Source: Podarcis erhardii
Lineage: Eukaryota
Direction: 5' to 3' (one strand)
Assembly (NCBI GenBank): GCA_964252035.1
Contig: OZ176205.1
Length of the DNA stretch: 64,000 nucleotides
Shown here piece by piece: positions 33,225 through 46,670 of the stretch. Below the pieces are notes generated by a model that was given only the letters and a program-made list of their open reading frames with translations, was not told the DNA's origin and searched no databases. The position numbers were made by a program, and so were the translations under genes. Numbering within the stretch: the stretch's first letter is position 1; the number at the start of each line of letters is the position of its first letter.

Positions 33225-35451
33225 ACGTTGTAAATTGCCCTATGGTCTCTTGATGAAGGATGGCATATACATTTGATAAATAATAATAATAAAATAATAA
33301 TAAGTCACTCTGCTAGCAGAACAATTTCCACTCACAGAACCCTCCTTCTCCTCCCACAGTGTATTGCCCTCCAAATCTCCTCCAGTGAGATTCTTCAAAG
33401 CAGAATTGAGGGGGAGTGCAAGGACTGAGCTGTGGGAGGAGAGGGAGGGAAAGTTTTGTTGCGCAAATGGACGTTGTTCCGCTTCTGCAATGTGTTAGTT
33501 GGACGTCTTGTTAAAGTCTGTGAGGAAAGAACTGAACAGTAGCACAATCTTTACAGGTGTAGCCAACCTTAGCATTTTCGTTCCATCTTTGTCGATTCAT
33601 AGTTGTGAGTTTCCAAACAATAAAACACAGAGGAACCATGTACATGCGTGTGTGAATCAGACATAAGAAGCTGCTTTGTGCACCAGAGGCCTCCTGTCCT
33701 TCAGCAATGAACTATGGATTTGTATAACTGGTTGCTGTTCTATTTCAGCACTAGGTGAACATCCAGATGGATCCCATTCTTATTAATGGTTCAATACACA
33801 TTTTGACCGCAGGCCAACAGGCGTTCAGCAGATGGGATTTTTTTTTTTGAGGCTTGCTGAACTTGTAGTGACCTGAGATTGAAACATGTATTGAGCCATT
33901 TACAAGATGAAAATATGTGTGGGGTTCCGTGATAAGGGGTGGCTACAGAATGCCACCTTATCTTGGAAAAATAACAATAACAAAGGTCATAGGAATCATT
34001 CTTCAAACAGTTGCTGATTGGGAGACTGTGTTAACATGGCTAAAACTAAGTTTGTGCCTACTGGAATAAAACACGCAAAGTTTTGTGTGACTTACATTTC
34101 GACAGGAGCAGGCAGCGTGGTGGGGCAGCACCATTTGCCTCCTGTCAGTCATGTTGCTGCTGCTTATTGGGATGGGGAGCAGTGAGGTGGTGGTGCTGTT
34201 AGTGCAGTGCAAACACACCAGCAGGAATGCTGGATTAGCTCCATCAGTGCATTCACACCACAGCAACCTTGCCACCAACTCATCCCTCTCCCTCAACTAC
34301 CTGGTAAGCTGCAGCAGTGTGATTGGCCAGAAGTCTAGGATTTTATTTATTTTTTTGCGAAATTATTTGAATGTTCCTGCAACCACCTCTGTTCACTGAT
34401 TGCCACAAAAAAAAAGCATCTTTGTAAACAACAGGCAAATTTATGATATATGTAGAATTGACAGGAAATCGGTCCTGTCAATTGGAATGTTCTTTTGCAA
34501 ACTACACTGGGCTATTTACTTATGTAATGATGTCCCATCCAATTTGCATCAACTGAAGACTGGAGCCATGCAAGTTTCCCCCTCCCCTTGAAAATGCTGT
34601 AAAAAAATTGCTCTCTTCCTTTTGGCTGAATGCAATGAAACCAAATGAATTCAGCCCAAGAAAGAGGGCGAATGTTATAGACTGTAGCAAGCATCTTCGT
34701 CACCTGTGGTAAATGGTTACCACCAGAATTAGTGGTGGGATCAGGCTGGAACACAAGACGTTCTTTTTTTTGCAATACAGAACTAGAAGATTTATAATGC
34801 ACAGCCTGTGATGCTAGATGTTGCTGGACTACATATCTCATCATCCTTAGCTATTTGCCATTCTGGATGGGAATGATGGAAGCTGGAGTCTGGCAACTTA
34901 TAGAGAGGCACTGGTTCCCCTCACCTGATTCCAGTAGTGGCCATTATGGTGGGGCGAAGCTGCAGAGCCACCCTCCATACACAAGCATCCCTGCAAGTTA
35001 TCTGGATAGAGTGGGGCAGAGCAGCAGTGAGGTCGGGGTTGTGAAGGTGCAATGGCAGGAGAGCTGATTTAGCTCCACCAATATACCATAAAAAAAACTA
35101 ACATTTGTATGTTTTTATTGGCAGAGGTTTTTGTAGCTGAGTATCACATGCAGAGGGAGTTGGGATGAGTCGAGACAGAAGACTGATATAAAAAGCTCCC
35201 AGAAGCTGTAGCAGATGAGGATCAGGGCTGCCAGGAAACACTTTTTTGGGTAAGAAGAGCATCGTGAACGTGGAGAGCATGTTTTCAGGGTCTGTGTTTT
35301 GGAGCAGATTTGGGAAGGAGTGGATGGAGAAGCAGACAGCTTCCTGATCTGTAAACTGATAATTTTTGGAGTATAACTGAAGTTGGATTCTCTGATCTCT
35401 GTTTCGTTTCAGTTCTGGCCTATTGGGTTTGTTGGGTGGTTTGTGTAACAG

Positions 35452-35816
35452 GTACGCGGGTGGCGCTGTGGGTAAAACCTCAGCGCCTAGGGCTTGCCGA
35501 TCGCATGGTCAGCGGTTCGAATCCCCGTGGCGGGGTGAGCTCCCATCTTTCGGTCCCAGCTCCTGCCCACCTAGCAGATCGAAAGCACTCCTAAGTGCAA
35601 ATAGATAAATAGGTACCGCTTTATAGCGGGAAGGTAAACGGCGTTTCCGTGTGCTGCGCTGGTGCCAGCTTGCCAGAGCAGCTTCGTCACGCTGGCCACG
35701 TGACCCGGAAGTGTCTCCGGACAGCGCTGGCCCCCGGCCTCTTAAGTGAGATGGGCGCACAACCCTAGAGTCGGACATGACTGGCCCGTACGGGCAGGGG
35801 TACCTTTACCTTTACC
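35452..35816 (+). mobile_element. Sauria SINE (Squam1 type)
   Basis: tRNA-like head (GCGGGTGGCGCTGTGG...GGTTCGAATCCCC), family body, (TTTACC)n tail; TSD TTGTGTAACAG at 35441 and 35817. Confidence 0.93.
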
Positions 35817-36946
35817 TTGTGTAACAGGTATGAGGTTCGAGGCTGGAAAAGTGCTACACAAACCAGCAAACAGTCGTCTTTTAAAACAGGTTTGGACAAC
35901 TGGGGTTCATGGGAGTTGTAGTTCAGCAACATCTGGAGGGGCAAAAGTTCCCCACCCATTTTTAGCAACATCTGCATGGCTGGCAGAGGTTCAGCAGGTG
36001 AAGCTTTGCCCATCATTGAGTTGCAACAATAAGGGGCATTTTATCTGTTGAAAATGTTCTGTCTCTGTCTGTGGAGGCCTCCTCTTTCTTTAAGGTTTTT
36101 GATGAAGATGGTGGCTTTTTTTGATGTGATGGCAGCAAAACGGTTACATATTGATTACATTGTCATAGCAACAGGTCTTGAGCCAATCAGAGGCTAACTG
36201 CATTACTTTATTAAATTAGGGACTAAGCATGCACGGGAAATTTTTCTACTCTTGTGCCTGGCCCCTCTAAATACCATACCAAATACTGCTCCCCTTCTAA
36301 ATCATGGATGTGTTTCATATCACCAGTTGAATAAGACATCTGTTCGTATTTCTGAAAACTGTCAGAAATGGAGAGATTAAGAGAGAACATTCCCCTTGAG
36401 GAATATGTGCTTCCATGCTCCAAAGCTATTATGGATTTCAGCTGCAATATTCTCATTGACAAGAGTCAGTTGCTGTTTGCAAGGCATTCTTGGTGAAAAG
36501 GAGCACACAGGGTTTTGAAATATCTGTATCCCTTTTATTCATCTTCTGTGTTGTTTGTTTGTCTTACATTCTGTTTATGCATGATTGTGCAATTGCAGTC
36601 ATCTGCATATAATCATATATGCTTGTGCGGGTATGTCTGTGCAGTTGAACTCTGGCAATGATATGCATTCCAGAAAGGATATGATTGTCTCTGTTGTTGT
36701 CGTTTTTTAAACAGAAGCATTTTTAACCTTCATAGCTGATAAGGAAAGTACACATTAAGATGATAAGCAGATGAAGGGAGGAGGACTGGGGCACTGAAAT
36801 TATTTTTTCTTTTGAGAGTGCTGTGCAGCTCTGTAGACTCTGAGACATGCGGTGCACTCTTACAAGATTCCTATGAGTGAGGACCAAGCACGTTTCCCTT
36901 TGATGTAGCAGTGTCCAGACTGCAGCAGTTTGTGTTTCTCCAGAGG

Positions 36947-37298
36947 TGAAGGTAAAGGGACCCCTGACCATTAGGTCCAGTTGTGGATGACTCTGGGGTT
37001 GCAGTGCTCATCTCGCATTACTGGCCAAGGGAGCTGGCGTACAGCTTCCGGGTCATGTGGCCAGCATGACTAAGCTACTTCTGGTGAACCAGAGCAGCGC
37101 ACGGAAACGCCGTTTACCTTCCCGCTGGAGCGGTACCTATTTATCTACTTGCACTTTGACGTGCTTTTGAACTGCTAGGTTGGCAGGAGCAGGGACCGAG
37201 CAACGGGAGCTCACCCCGTCGTGGGGATTCGAACCGCCGACCTTCTGATCGGCAAGCTTTAGGCTCTGTGGTTTAACCCACAGCGCCACCCGCGTCCC
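36947..37298 (-). mobile_element. Sauria SINE
   Basis: Reverse complement of the same family; flanking TTTCTCCA(G/T)AGG duplication. Confidence 0.93.
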
Positions 37299-37477
37299 TC
37301 TTTCTCCATAGGACTGATTGACATATTTTCTCCATAGGAATGAATGGTGCACATTCATTCTCCATAAGAGTGAATGGCAAGAAACTCTTATGCGCGAGGA
37401 CAGAGGTAGTTTCATCACAGCAAAAACCAAAAAACCCCAGCACTAACACTTTAAAGATGAACACATTAATTGTGACA

Positions 37478-37630
37478 TTAGCTTTTGAGGGGCTCAAGCC
37501 CACTCCATCAGATGCAATTCATGGTAATCCATGAAAGCTTATGGGATAGCATATCTGCTCACCTCTAAAGTGCTACTTGAAAATTGTTTCATTTCTGCTG
37601 AAAGCTATGGCTAATTGGCTATCCCTTTGA
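37478..37630. mobile_element. Penelope-like terminal fragments (similar tails at about 23222-23310, 38380-38412, 40190-40235)
   Basis: GAAAGCTTATG-type start and GCAACAGACTAACACGGCTACC-type tail motifs; degenerate hammerhead-like segment on the minus strand at 37478-37515. Confidence 0.5.
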
Positions 37631-40600
37631 TTGAGATGGTGCCAGACTAATGTACACTGCACCACACAATGAGTCCATTAACAGGGAGGCGGATTTTAAA
37701 GTTAGGTCTCCAGATCCTTCGGTGTGCTTGTTTTTTTTAAAAGGTATAAAGGCAAGGAGGCTCTTACCAACTGGCTTAGTGAGAAAGAAAATGCGTAGGC
37801 AGTATTCTAAGCAAGCAAAGGGTAGTGCACTTTAAGTGCTTTAGCTATTCCTGGCAAAGCACAGACTCCTCTCTGACAAACTTGAGCAGAGGAGACAGAT
37901 GAGTAGGAACTATGAGTCCCTGAAATGAATAGAGTATTCCATGTGCAGAGTATTCCAAAACAGGTATCCTTTCTATAAACAAGGCATCTTATAATCACCC
38001 TGGTAGAAAAGTCTGCTGGATCATGCCAAAGATCCAGCTAGTCCAGCATTCTGTTCTCACACCAAACACACACACACACACACACACAGCATGCGCAGTT
38101 TTTGAACCTAAAGTAAACCAGGAATGCGAACATCCCAACTTCTCTCAAACTTCGTCGCACATATATTTATGGTATCCAAAGCAAAAAAACCACCTTCAGT
38201 TCCAAAAACACACAGGCACCAAAAGTTCCAACACACAAAGAAGTCACCCACCATTTATCCTCCCAATACTCACCCCCCCCCATTAACAAAAATGAATGCA
38301 AATGATTAAGCAAAATACCAGATATTTATTATAAAAAGAGACTCACACACTGTGCCTACTATAGTCAAAAACTTTTGACTATGGCAGACCAACACGGCTA
38401 CCTATCTGTAACTGTGCCTACTATCTCGCTCTTAAAAATTAATTTAAAAAACAAGCTGCTCAAACTAGCTACCACACCGTTTTGCTCGCTAGCTACAAAT
38501 AATTTGTTTTGAACTGTTTGGAGGTGTTGTCTTCAAAGAAAACAAAACTCGGAGCATGCTCAAAAGGCAGGGAAGACTGCTCTTCAAGTACCTCTACCAA
38601 GTCTTGCTCAGACGTTGGAATTACCCTTAAAACAACAGGAGGGCATGGAAATCTGGACAACAGGGGCTGGAAAGCTGGCAATCCTAATGATCAAATTTCA
38701 CATGGTTTTTCTACCCAGAAACACATGGGAAGGATCTCTTCACCACATCTATACTTTGGAATTAGGACTGAATGATTGGGGCAGAGATGCAGGAGTGACC
38801 CATCAATGCAGCAAGGTGAAGCCACTTGCAGTGGGCAGCTGATCCCAGCCCCACACCGCTGCTATTGCCAGCCCCACTCTTCACCACCATAGTGGTGAAC
38901 TACCACCATAGTGCCATTGCTCTGAATGCTGCCCCCTTCCTGCTGCATTGTAGAGGCAGTGTGGACACAGCCACAGGCAAGGGTGCAGTTGCAGGATGGT
39001 GGCAGCTGGGCATGATGGGAGGGGCAGGGCAGAGCCCCAGATCTGCTGGGGGGCATTACCGTGGGGAAGAGGCAGCGCTAGGGCATTTTGCCTACAGCAG
39101 CAAAATGTCTTTGGCCAGCTCTGATTGGACAGAGAAAAAGAGATTGACAGAAGCGCCTGGCTAAGCCTCTGTAAATTCATAGAAGTATAAAATATATGTG
39201 GGACAGGGAAGTATGCATGGCTCTGGGGTTTTTAGGAGGAGGAGTTTAAACAATGGCTTAACATTCTCTTTGGGAGGGCTATGCCCTAGTAACCTAACTT
39301 GAAGAGCTTCCAATGTCTGTGTGTTCTTCCAGCTTCAAGTAAATGAATCTGCCTCTGTGCATGAATGCTGAAAGGGCAGAAAAGCACAGCTTATGTGTCT
39401 GAGATGCACGAGGTCCCAGAATACCATTCAACACAGAGCTCGCTACACTGAATTCTGGCACAAGGCCACGGTGACCTTTCATTCTACTTTTCCGTGCATA
39501 TCCCAGAAACAGCATTTCCTAGTGGCGTAGTTGACATTTCCTGAACGGCCCAAAGGACCAATGAGTTCTGGCAGCAGAGGGTGGGAGCATGGGACGCAGA
39601 TCAGAAGTGATGCGGCTTGGCACTTGGCAAAGCTTTCTGGGACAGTTTGTACAGTGCCTTCTCCTTGCACAATGGTTGTGTCTAGCCATCGCGGTCCAGC
39701 TCCCCTTTTTCATGAGCAAGCCGTTCAACCGAAAAGTAAACAGGAAAAACGTGACCATCTCAGATCTTATAAATATCTGATCGTACATTATTTATAACGC
39801 TACTTTCTCCGGCGTTCAGATTGCAACACAAAGCAGTACGTGACTGATTTTTACATTCTGCATTTTTGACATAATCTGTGTACAGGGTGAACAGTATGCT
39901 ATCCCCCTTCAGAACAAGGAAGGCTCCATAGCTTTATCAAGCAATGGTTTCTACCAAGATGCAAGGTGAGCAGCAGAGACTGATTTCACCATGAAACGTT
40001 TTCTACACCTTTACTCAGCAGCACTGCGTAAGTCCACATGTAGTGTTGTAAGGTTGGGCATTTGGACAGGAGAGATTAATGGAGGCAGAAGAACTGTTGG
40101 AGACGGCCATAACAGCCCTGGAAACAGGGGCAGCCAGTGGAGAGGGGCACCATTACAAACTCGGCCTCCCATCATTGGCATCGCTGAGCTTTTGCTGCAA
40201 CAGACTAACATGGGTTGGCTACCCATCTGGAAACTCCTTTGCTTGGAATGAACCAGTTCAGTTCAACAAAGTGTACTGAATTAGTTCAAAAATCTCAAAA
40301 TTTCAAACTACACCCATAATTACTAGGTAAGCTGATGGCCCATCCACACTTAACTTTTGCCCCCTGCTTTCTAGGCACAGCCCACAGTGCTGTGTTTGAG
40401 TGCCTTTCTTCTTTTGCCCTGGAGCTTTTCCTGCAAAAACCCACTCTTTACTGCTAAATTGGAACAAGTGGCAATTTGGGCAAGCGCTGTACTGCTCAAG
40501 GAAGAGGGGTTTTGTTTTGTCTTTTTACATCAGAAGCTTCTACACAGAGACTGAAAGCCAACTATCGAGGATCCTGTTGCAGCAGATTTCCTGGGTTGTG

Positions 40601-41997
40601 TTACTACACAATCTACCAGTTCTCTGGCTCTGAGTTGGACAAGCGTAACAGTATCTTCTAATGCAGGATAATGTAATCTCCCATATGATTTTGAAATCCA
40701 GTAATCATTCTGTGCTAGTAGTTGTACTCTCTCATTTCATGCTGCAAGCTTCTGCATTCTGTGCTTCCTTTTCATGTCTGATTCACTTATTCAGAGCAAT
40801 CCGCCACAGAACTGAGTGCTCATTGATCTCAGTGGTCTTAACCACAGCTAACTCTGTGCTGCTCATGGCCTTTTGGTGATGATATGGAGAGCTCATTAAT
40901 GGATTTTGAGGTTTTCCTCCTGTCAGGGCATGGTGAGAGTGTTGATCATTCAGCCACTTTGCCATGTGCTCTGTTCTCAATTTTTCTACATCTTCCCGCA
41001 GTTTCCAAAGCTTTGTGGGGGTACAGTAAGTCAAGAAGGGGAGCAGTTGGTGAAACCAGTCCACAACCACATCACCACACCACCTTGGGGCAACCCTCCC
41101 CTCAAGTACGTTCATACAACACACATTTCATTATCTAAACATATCGATGCCAAGCAACTTGGCTCCCAGCTCCTGTAACACCTATAGGGGGGAAATTCAG
41201 CAAAGCGAGAGAATGGGCCCATTAGACAGCCCCAAATAAAGACCTTCCCTTGGAGGCAAAAGACCAAAGTCTTGGCCTGAGCATTATCCTAAGTGACGCT
41301 GACAGCTGATCAGGTTGGGCCTTTTAAACAATGTCTTAATTACAGGACATCCTCTGCTGTGACGTTTTCTAGGGACACTTTCAGCTCTTTTATAAAGGAG
41401 CCTTCTCTGCCCTCCCTCCAGATCGGCGGCCAGGGCTTGAGCAAGAGCTGCTGAAACAGTGAGGATATTGTTCGGTTCTCAGCCTGAGCAGCCTTGGCTT
41501 CATCAGCTGTGAAATTGCCTAGAGAATAACTAAACAAACTAGAGACAAACACTTCTTTAAAGCAGCAATTTCCCCTGCCTGGCATCTGCGTTCAAGCTGC
41601 ATTTCTTGCTCTCCTTTCCCCGCTTCTCCTTTCCTCTCCTGCCTTTCAAAGGCTAAAAGTGTTCTGTGGTGCCCCCAGTAAAGAAAAGGGGGATCTTATC
41701 AGCTTGTTGGGAATGCTAAGCAATCATTGCATCAGCACCGTCTTTATTTCTCCCCAGGGATCCAGGAGCACTTCGAAACTTTGAAACTCTTTTCACGCCT
41801 TCGGTGAACTCACAGAGGGTGAATATGGATTGTGCCCATTTTCCACTGCTCAAAACTCTATGCAGTCAGCTACAGATCCAAATAGAGCCTGCCTGAGTGC
41901 AAATAGTGGGCACCTAGCTATAACCACATAATTGTTGCACAACTCCATGGACAAAAGTGTTTTTTAAGGTGTCTGCACACAGATAAACATAGACCTG

Positions 41998-42594
41998 TGT
42001 GCTGGTCCCGTGGGCTAACCGAGAGGCGAGGTCCGAGTCCAGTCTGAGGTCGATGGTGCAATATGGAGGCACTCCGTAGAAGTTGAAGCTGGGTGCAGGG
42101 CAGGGAGTTGGGTGAGGTCAGGAGCTCTGGCAGAGAAGCAGGTCAGGGATCAGGCTGGAACTGACAACCAACGATGTTGCTCCCACAGCTTCGGACTGGG
42201 GCTGGCTGGCTTTTATCTCCCCCAAGGCATAGGGCGGCCCCAATCCTCAGGTGACTTGCCTCTCCTGGCCTGGAGGCGAGCACTCCTTAGTTTCCTCCGC
42301 CTCTTTGCCCTGAGCCTCTGCAGCTCAGGAGAGGCTGGAGGGTTACCGGACCCAGAGGCAACCTCAGCCTCCTCTGACGGGGCTGAGAGTGGAGCACCTG
42401 CAGGCAATAGGTCCTCCATCACCTCAGGAGCCAGAGCAGACTCAGCTGGTGCCTGCACCTGAGGATCCAGCACAGGTGAGGACCCTTCAGGCTCAGGCCC
42501 CAGCCCCGACTCAGCTGGTTCTGGAGGCGGGGAATCCTGTGCAGGCTGAGATGCCTCAGGTTCAGCATCCGAATCCAATTCCCAGGCCATTACA
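41998..42594 (-). mobile_element. Solo LTR (597 bp) of a related but distinct Gypsy family
   Basis: TG...CA termini resembling the full-length LTR (TGTAATGGCCTGGGA...CCAGCACA); 5-bp TSD ACCTG at 41993-41997 and 42595-42599; U3 alignable to the 642-bp LTR. Confidence 0.93.
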
Positions 42595-44134
42595 ACCTGC
42601 TTCCATGCCATCAGTTGCTTTCACAATTATTTGTGTTGTTTTTAATGCTGTTGGATGTTTTATAATTGTACAGCACACAGATATTTTGTGAGATGGTGGT
42701 CTAGAAATACTGCTATAAATAAACAAAGGACCTCAGGTTTCTGGAGCTTCCAGAGGGCAGGGAAATAGGAATTGAGGGGAGGGGACAACCGCGCACAGCA
42801 CAAGTATTAAGATTCTGGAGGCATAAAACTGAAAGCACTTGTGCGTGAAAGACAGTGCACAAATGTTCACATCAAAAAAAGCAATCCACGTGCACATTAA
42901 TAACCTAGTCTGACTAGGGATAAAGTAATCTGTCAATTTCAGTTTATCTCTTTCTAATTTCCTCAGTATTGAGTTCACTTCTCCACATTTAACTTGACCG
43001 ACTCATGCCATTGTTTGCACTGGTATTGTATTGCAGTCTTTGCCAACCTGGCATCCTCCAGATATTTTCGACTCCAACTCCCAGTTATGTTACCAAACAT
43101 CTGGTAAATGCCAGGTTGGCAGAAGTTGAAGTATAGTATTCTGGCATTATGGTAGGCATTATACTTCAATTTTCCATCCAATGTGACAAAACACAAAACA
43201 AAAATGGGCACACAGGTTGGGAAAAAAAGCCCTTAAAGTGGCCATGTAAACAACTAGCTCTTAATTCTTCTTCCCATTTCTGGCATTTAGACTGTAAGCT
43301 TTCAGTGGGAGATCTGAATTATTTATTTGTCCTTATTAACTACTTATATATAAACTTTTCAATGAGTTTTGCAATGTTCTAGCAACATGTGAATTTAATG
43401 TGTCAAGCTGGCAAAGGCCAAAATATTCTCTTAGGATGAAACTATGTATCTCATTATTTGTATATGTAAAATCGCACTTAAGTATATATGTAAAAACATA
43501 CTTAGTTACATCTCAATCCTGTTCATGCCTACTCGTAAGTAATTTCCAGTGAGTTCAATAGGCCTTACTCCAGATAAATGGGTATAGGGTTGCACCCCTA
43601 AACTGGCCATTTTTATTTTGAAGAAAAAGTAAACACAGAACCTCAGTCTGGAATGTGGCACCTATTTCCTGACTAAAATCCACCCCAAGCTGCTATTTGC
43701 CCTGGCAGTGCTGCAAGGAGCACATTCAGGGGCAAATAGCAGCTGAAGGTGATCGTTTAGCGGGAAACTAGCTTCAGGTTGGAGGCCCTTGACTGTTTTC
43801 TTCTTCAAATCATAAATGTAACATATAGCTTTGCCCTCAATGGGAGCCCAGTGGCCAAAGAGTCTCCTTGTTTTTCAGAACTTTGCATAATCCTAGCTAG
43901 AGAACATTTATAGAAGTCAAGGAGTACCACATGACCCTCACTAGACTGTCAATACACTTCCTTGCTGGCCTGGCTGATTCCCCCATAATTCCCTCTTTGG
44001 GGCAGAGCTGAGTGATGTACACAGGATATACACACTCATCCGTCATCTCTCAAGCCCCCGGTTCTTGCTGGAGTCCTGACTCAACACCTTCCAATGTGTG
44101 ACCATACTGTTCCGCTTTTGCAGAACATAAATAT

Positions 44135-44566
44135 GTTGTTGTTGTTGTTGTTTAGTCGTTTAGTTGTGTCCGACTCTTCGTGACCCCATGGACCAGAGCA
44201 CGCCAGGCACTCCTGTCTTCCACTGCCTCCTGCAGTTTGGTCAAACTCATGCTGGTAGCTTCGAGAACACTGTCCAACCATCTCGTCCTCTGTCGTCCCC
44301 TTCTCCTTGTGCCCTCCATCTTTCCCAACATCAGGGTCTTTTCCAGGGAGTCTTCTCTTCTCATGAGGTGGCCAAAGTATTGGAGCCTCAGCTTCAGGAT
44401 CTGTCCTTCCAGTGAGCACTCAGGGCTGATTTCCTTAAGAATGGATAGGTTTGATCTTCTTGCAGTCCATGGGACTCTCAAGAGTCTCCTCCAGCCCCAT
44501 AATTCAAATGCATCAATTCTTCGGTGATCAGCCTTCTTTATGGTCCAGCTCCCATTTCCACACATA
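44135..44566 (-). mobile_element. BovB (RTE clade) LINE 3' fragment
   Basis: Minus-strand ORF WTIKKADHRRIDAFELW.WRRLLRVPWTARRSN...RALVHGVTKSRTQL; (CAA)n tail. Confidence 0.95.
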
Positions 44567-45684
44567 TCTATAAACGTAAATATAGGTATCTATTTTTCAC
44601 TTAACCAGTACGTGAACCAGAATGCAGCTGTTTTCTGAATTTTGCGGTCCAGTACCCCAATTGGAAAATGGGTGCGAAATTTGCATACAGTAAGGGAATG
44701 TGCATACAAAAATTAGGGGAAATAGCATGCAAAACTGCTGGGAAATGCTTGCAGAAATGTGCCTATTAGAAGCAACATCCACAAAAATGCACATGGATTT
44801 TCATGCAAACTTTTTTTTAAAAAAAAAATTGCAGACTGATGGGGTGACTGAATTTAAGACTATGTAACCAAGATGTCATACATCCCAGTCTCTGGCAATA
44901 GTGATAAATTCACTGGAAATGAGCTTGTCGCTATATGTGCATAGTAAATACTATGAGGAATAGAAACCTTTCTCAAATGCAGGAGTCTTGGTCTGACTCC
45001 ATATTATTGGGTACTTTGCAAAAGATTTGATTGGACTTTAGGGGAAGTTAAGGGACATCTCATGAGAGGCAGCCTGGTTTCTCCAATCCCCCCACACCCT
45101 AGAAAGCCAATAGGTAATTTCAGCCCTCCTATTGAAACTTCATTTCCTGTTCCAGTGACACAATCTGTAAACAGAACCTTTGGCACAGGAGAAATGAAAG
45201 GACATGTTTGAACTGCAAGGTGCTGAGATGGGGTTGAGCTATTTAAACGGTGTGGAAACGAGTGAATGATTTCTGAAGCAGATGACATCATATTTTCCTG
45301 CTGGAAGGCGCCCACTTTGCGGCCCTAACGTCTTACAGGAAAGCTTTGGCTGGAGGAACAGAACAGAGAGTGGGTCTGTGTAAAAATAAAAACAAACTAC
45401 CCCACGTTGCACCTGGCTCGGGGACGACTGGTGTTTGCTTTGAGCAGGTAATTGCAGCAATAGAGAACCACTCTTTTATGGTTTGTATCCTTAAATCTCC
45501 AGCTCAATTTCCTGGACAACCTAGAGCTCTGCTTCATAAATGTTGGAGAAAGACGTACCAAAGAGCCATGCAGAAATGATGGTATATTTCAGACCCTCCA
45601 AGTGTCTATTTTCCAGGAACAGTCCTGGATTTACAGAAGTCGTCCTGGTTTATGATTTGATTCCAGAATGTCCTGCTTTTCCTT

Positions 45685-46440
45685 TGTTGTTGTTGTTTAG
45701 CCGTTTAGTCGTGTCCGACTCTTCATGACCCCATGGACCAGAGCACGCCAGGCACTCCTGTCTTCCACTCCCTTCCGCAGTTTGGTCAAACTCATGTTTG
45801 TAGCTTCGAGAACACTATCCAACCATCTCGTCCTCTGTTGTCCCCTTCTCCTTGTGCCCTCAATTTTTCCCAACATCAGGGTCTTTTCCAGGGAGTCTTC
45901 TCTTCTCATGAGGTGACCAAAGTATTGGAGTCTCAGCTTCAGGATCTGTCCTTCCAGTGAGCACTCAGGGCTGATTTCCTTAAGAATGGATAGGTTTGAT
46001 CTTCTTGCAGACCATGGGACTCTCAAGATTCTCCTCCAGCACCATAATTCAAAAGCATTAATTCTTCGTCGATCAGCCTTCTTTATGGTCCACCTCTCAC
46101 TTCCATACATCACTACTGGGAAAACCATGGCTTTAACTATATGGACCTTTGTTGGCAAGGTGATGTCTCTGCTTTTTAAGATGCTGTCTAGGTTTGTCAT
46201 CGCCTTTCTCCCAAGAAGCAGGCATCTTTTAATTTCGTGACTGCTGTCACCATCTGCAGTGATCATGGAGCCCAAGAAAGTAAAATCTCTCACTGCCTCC
46301 ATTTCTTCCCCTTCTATTTGCCAGGAGGTGATGAGCCCAGTGGCCATGATCTTTGTTTTTTTGATGTTGAACTTCAGACCATATTTTGCACTCTCCTCTT
46401 TCATCCTCATTAAAAGGTTCTTTAATTCCTCCTCACTTTT
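45685..46440 (-). mobile_element. BovB (RTE clade) LINE, 5'-truncated
   Basis: 237-aa open ORF2 C-terminus (YGLKFNIKKTKIM...FELWCWRRILRVPW); (CAA)n tail; 11-bp TSD TGCTTTTCCTT at 45674-45684 and 46441-46451. Confidence 0.96.
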
Positions 46441-46504
46441 TGCTTTTCCTTAGTATGACCCCATTTTCATCAGAGAATTTTTGGAGGGTATGGAGTTATG
46501 TGAC

Positions 46505-46670
46505 TCCCGAGTCAAGGAGATAAGTAACTATGCAACCTTTCAAAGACATCTGAAGGCAGTCCAGTATAGGGTTTTTTAAAAATAAAAATAAAATTTTAAA
46601 AATGTTTTAATATATATTAGAAGCCACCCAGAGAGGCTGGGGCAACTCAGATGGGTGGGGTATAAATAAT
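46505..46670 (+). mobile_element. L2 LINE short 3' fragment
   Basis: GTCAAGGAGATAAGTAACT...AGACATCTGAAGGCAG...CCAGAGAGGCTGGGGCAAC matches the other copies. Confidence 0.8.

Noticed and set aside
34104-34303. Plus-strand exon-like segment with an open hydrophobic frame; also bounded by a minus-strand donor
   Set aside because: No recognisable protein, splice-like signals on both strands, and no partner exons; compatible with chance.
36223-36462. 79-codon minus-strand ORF
   Set aside because: No motif recognised; length is within chance expectation.
40783-41124. Possible old RTE-clade 3' fragment on the minus strand
   Set aside because: Resemblance too weak to call without alignment.
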